Positions 61,926-64,000 of a stretch of DNA of 64,000 nucleotides are shown in pieces. The DNA comes from Podarcis bocagei (lineage: Eukaryota): NCBI GenBank assembly GCA_964188305.1, contig OZ076902.1; one strand, written 5' to 3'. The position numbers and the translations under genes are program-made. The notes beneath the pieces are model-generated. The model ran no database searches, had not been told where the DNA came from, and was given only the letters and a program-made list of their open reading frames with translations. Every line of letters begins with the position of its first letter. The first letter of the stretch is position 1.

Positions 61926-62229
61926 AGCCATCTTCAAATACCTGAAAGGTTGCCACATGGAGGATGGAGGAAGCTTGTTTTCTGCCGCTCCAGAACCACT
62001 GGATTCAAATGGCAGGAAAGGAGATTCCAGCTAAATGTCAGAAAGAACTTTCTGAGGGCCAGAGCTGTTCAACAGCAGAACAGACGACCTCGGAAGGTGG
62101 CAGGCTGTCCTTCGCTGGAGGTTTCTGAACAGTGGTCAGGTGGCCAGCTGCTTTAGTCCTGCGTCGCAGGGGGTTGGACTGGATGACCCTCGGAGTCCCT
62201 CCCAACTCTTCAAGTCTGTTATTCTAATG
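61926..62229 (+). mobile_element. CR1 LINE 3' fragment
   Basis: GFKWQERRFQLNVRKNFL.ARAVQQ.N motif plus GGGGTTGGACTGGATGACC tail. Confidence 0.85.
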
Positions 62230-62478
62230 GCGCACTGAGGAGGTGTGGGGGACACGTGAAAAAGGAGCAAAGCCGGATGGACTGGAAATCCACCCACCCG
62301 CCAGCCCGAAAAATTGGTTTGAATTCCAGGCTGTTTGTTATCAAGGGGAAACTGGTTTGGCTTCTTCAAAACGTAAATCAGGGGGTTGGAGGATGGGGGT
62401 GGAAGAGGCAAGACGCCCCAGTGGGACCTTCGGCACACAAGGCAAAGCCGTGCACGCTACTGGGGCATGGCCTAAATA

Positions 62479-62503
62479 AATAATAATAATAATAATAATA
62501 ATA

Positions 62504-62557
<54 letters not shown>
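62479..62557. repeat. (AAT)n(ATT)n abutting microsatellites forming a spacer-less palindrome
   Basis: 26-nt AAT arm 62479-62504 immediately followed by its complement 62505-62530; the ATT run continues to 62557. Confidence 0.9.
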
Positions 62558-62854
62558 TATACCCCACCCATCTAGCTGGGTTTCCCTGCCCCCTCCCTTT
62601 CTCTCTTTGCCTCTCCAAAGAGCGTTCCTCTTTCAAACAATGGCTTCATCCATTTGCCGATGGGTGCACATTTAACCAGCTAATAAACCAATTACGACTG
62701 ATACAATTAGTTAATCAACTAAGCCCCACCAGAAACTGCCCCCCTATAAGTGCTCCTTCATTCCACTTTCTCCCCCCATCTGTGGAGAAGCGCAGGGAGG
62801 AGGAAACATCACAGCCTTCAATCACAGCATGTGGAGAAGCACAAAACTGTAAAC

Positions 62855-63243
62855 TTGGGGGTCACGTAGTCCAACCCCCTGCAATGCAGAAACCACAGAT
62901 AAAGAATCCCCGACAGATGGCCACTCAACCTCAGTTCCACTGTCAAAAAGCTCTTGCGGTCAGAAAGTTCTTCATAGCGTTTAGCCAGAATCTCATTTCT
63001 CGTTATCTGAATCCACTGGTTCCGGTCCTACCCTCTGGAGCAGCAGGAAACAAGCCTTCTTCATCTGACATACAGGTATTTGAAGGCGGCTATTGTATCA
63101 CCTCTCAGTCTCCTCTTTTCCAGGCTAAACACACCAAACTCCCTCAACCGTTCCTCATATGGCTTGGTTTCCAGACCCTCCAGCACCTCGGTCACCCTCC
63201 TCTGCACACGTTCCAGCTTTCAATATCCTTCTTAAACTGTGGC
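62855..63243 (-). mobile_element. CR1 LINE 3' fragment
   Basis: Reverse strand: CCACAGTTTAAGAAGGATATTGAAAGCTGGAACGTGTGCAGAGGAGG...GGGGTTGGACTACGTGACC. Confidence 0.85.
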
Positions 63244-63463
63244 GAACCTCCACTGCCTGATATGCGAGAGGCTGCAAAGCGATCCCGACCATGACCATCT
63301 GCCGTAGCGCTTTAAAGCAGTGTGAGAAATTGCCCAGGCACGCTTTGCGACCGGTGCAAGTCCAACCGCGACCACGTGGAGATTTGGCGACTGGCATCTC
63401 CACCTGGTTGGCCCCTCCAGCTTTCCTAAGTAGGGAAGTAGAAGAGCTTGTTTATCGCATTCA

Positions 63464-63706
63464 CCGTATTTTTTGCTCTATGAGACGCACCTAATTTTTG
63501 GAGGAGGAAAACAAGGGGGGAAAATATTCTGAATCTCAGAAGCCAGAACAACAAGAGGGATCGCTGTGCAGCGAAAGCAGCGATCCCTCTTGCTGTTCAG
63601 GCTTCTGGGATAGCTGCGCGGCCTGCATTCGCTCCATAAGACGCACACACATTTCCCCTTACTTTTTAGGAGGGAAAAAGTGAGTCTTATAGAGCAAAAA
63701 ATATGG
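63464..63706 (-). mobile_element. Tc2/pogo-like MITE (CCGTATTTTT TIR)
   Basis: CCGTATTTTTTGCTCTATGAGAC ... GTCTTATAGAGCAAAAAATATGG|TA; same orientation as 11492. Confidence 0.88.
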
Positions 63707-63807
63707 TATATCCCACCTTTTTCCTCCAAGGAATACACAGCTCCCTCCTCTGTTCATCCCTACAATGACCCTACGAGGTAGATTAAGAGGCTGTGACTTG
63801 CCCAAAG

Positions 63808-63891
63808 CATAGCTGTCAACTTTTTCTAAAGGGAAATTCCCTTATTCCAAATAGGATTCCTCGCAAGAAAAGGGAAATGTTGACAGCTATG
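63808..63891. mobile_element. 84-bp hAT MITE inserted in an old MIR/CORE-like SINE (~63750-63975)
   Basis: TIR CATAGCTGTCAAC; perfect TSD GCCCAAAG (63800-63807, 63892-63899); flanks rejoin as GTGACTTGCCCAAAGTCACCCAG...GGATTTGAACCC. Confidence 0.88.
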
Positions 63892-64000
63892 GCCCAAAGT
63901 CACCCAGGGAGTGGGGATTTGAACCCTGATCTCCCAGGTCCTAGTCCAACACTAACCACAACGCCACACTGGCTTCCTAGAGTTATTCTGCTATGGGGCA

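Larger units (their letters stand above)
35233..64000 (-). other. BCR: BCR intron 1 (3' part; exon 1 lies beyond the window)
   Basis: No BCR exon-1-like coding sequence found upstream of exon 2; BCR intron 1 is known to be very long; content is repeats and non-coding DNA. Confidence 0.85.

Overview
Eukaryotic (vertebrate) genomic DNA, almost certainly from a lacertid lizard: it carries several Podarcis-type Sauria SINEs plus BovB, CR1, L1 and L2 LINE fragments. The whole window lies inside the BCR gene (RhoGEF/PH/C2/RhoGAP) on the minus strand. I mapped 14 consecutive coding exons, equivalent to human exons 2-15, between 35232 and 1289; all have canonical AG/GT borders and join in frame. Everything above 35232 is intron 1, and exon 1 and exons 16 onward lie outside the window. 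The introns hold a dense mix of transposons, many with readable TIRs and TSDs. The most unusual object is a 1.42-kb non-autonomous hAT element in intron 8 with a perfect 8-bp TSD. Its interior is CpG-island-like and appears to be captured host DNA (Pack-TIR-like). Also notable: a hAT MITE carrying TTAGGG-containing tandem units, a TSD-less Ngaro/DIRS-like repeat, several templated-repair scars, a spacer-less AT palindrome and three candidate unannotated BCR exons. Repeat family names and human exon sizes are from recall, not database searches, and boundaries of old repeats are approximate.
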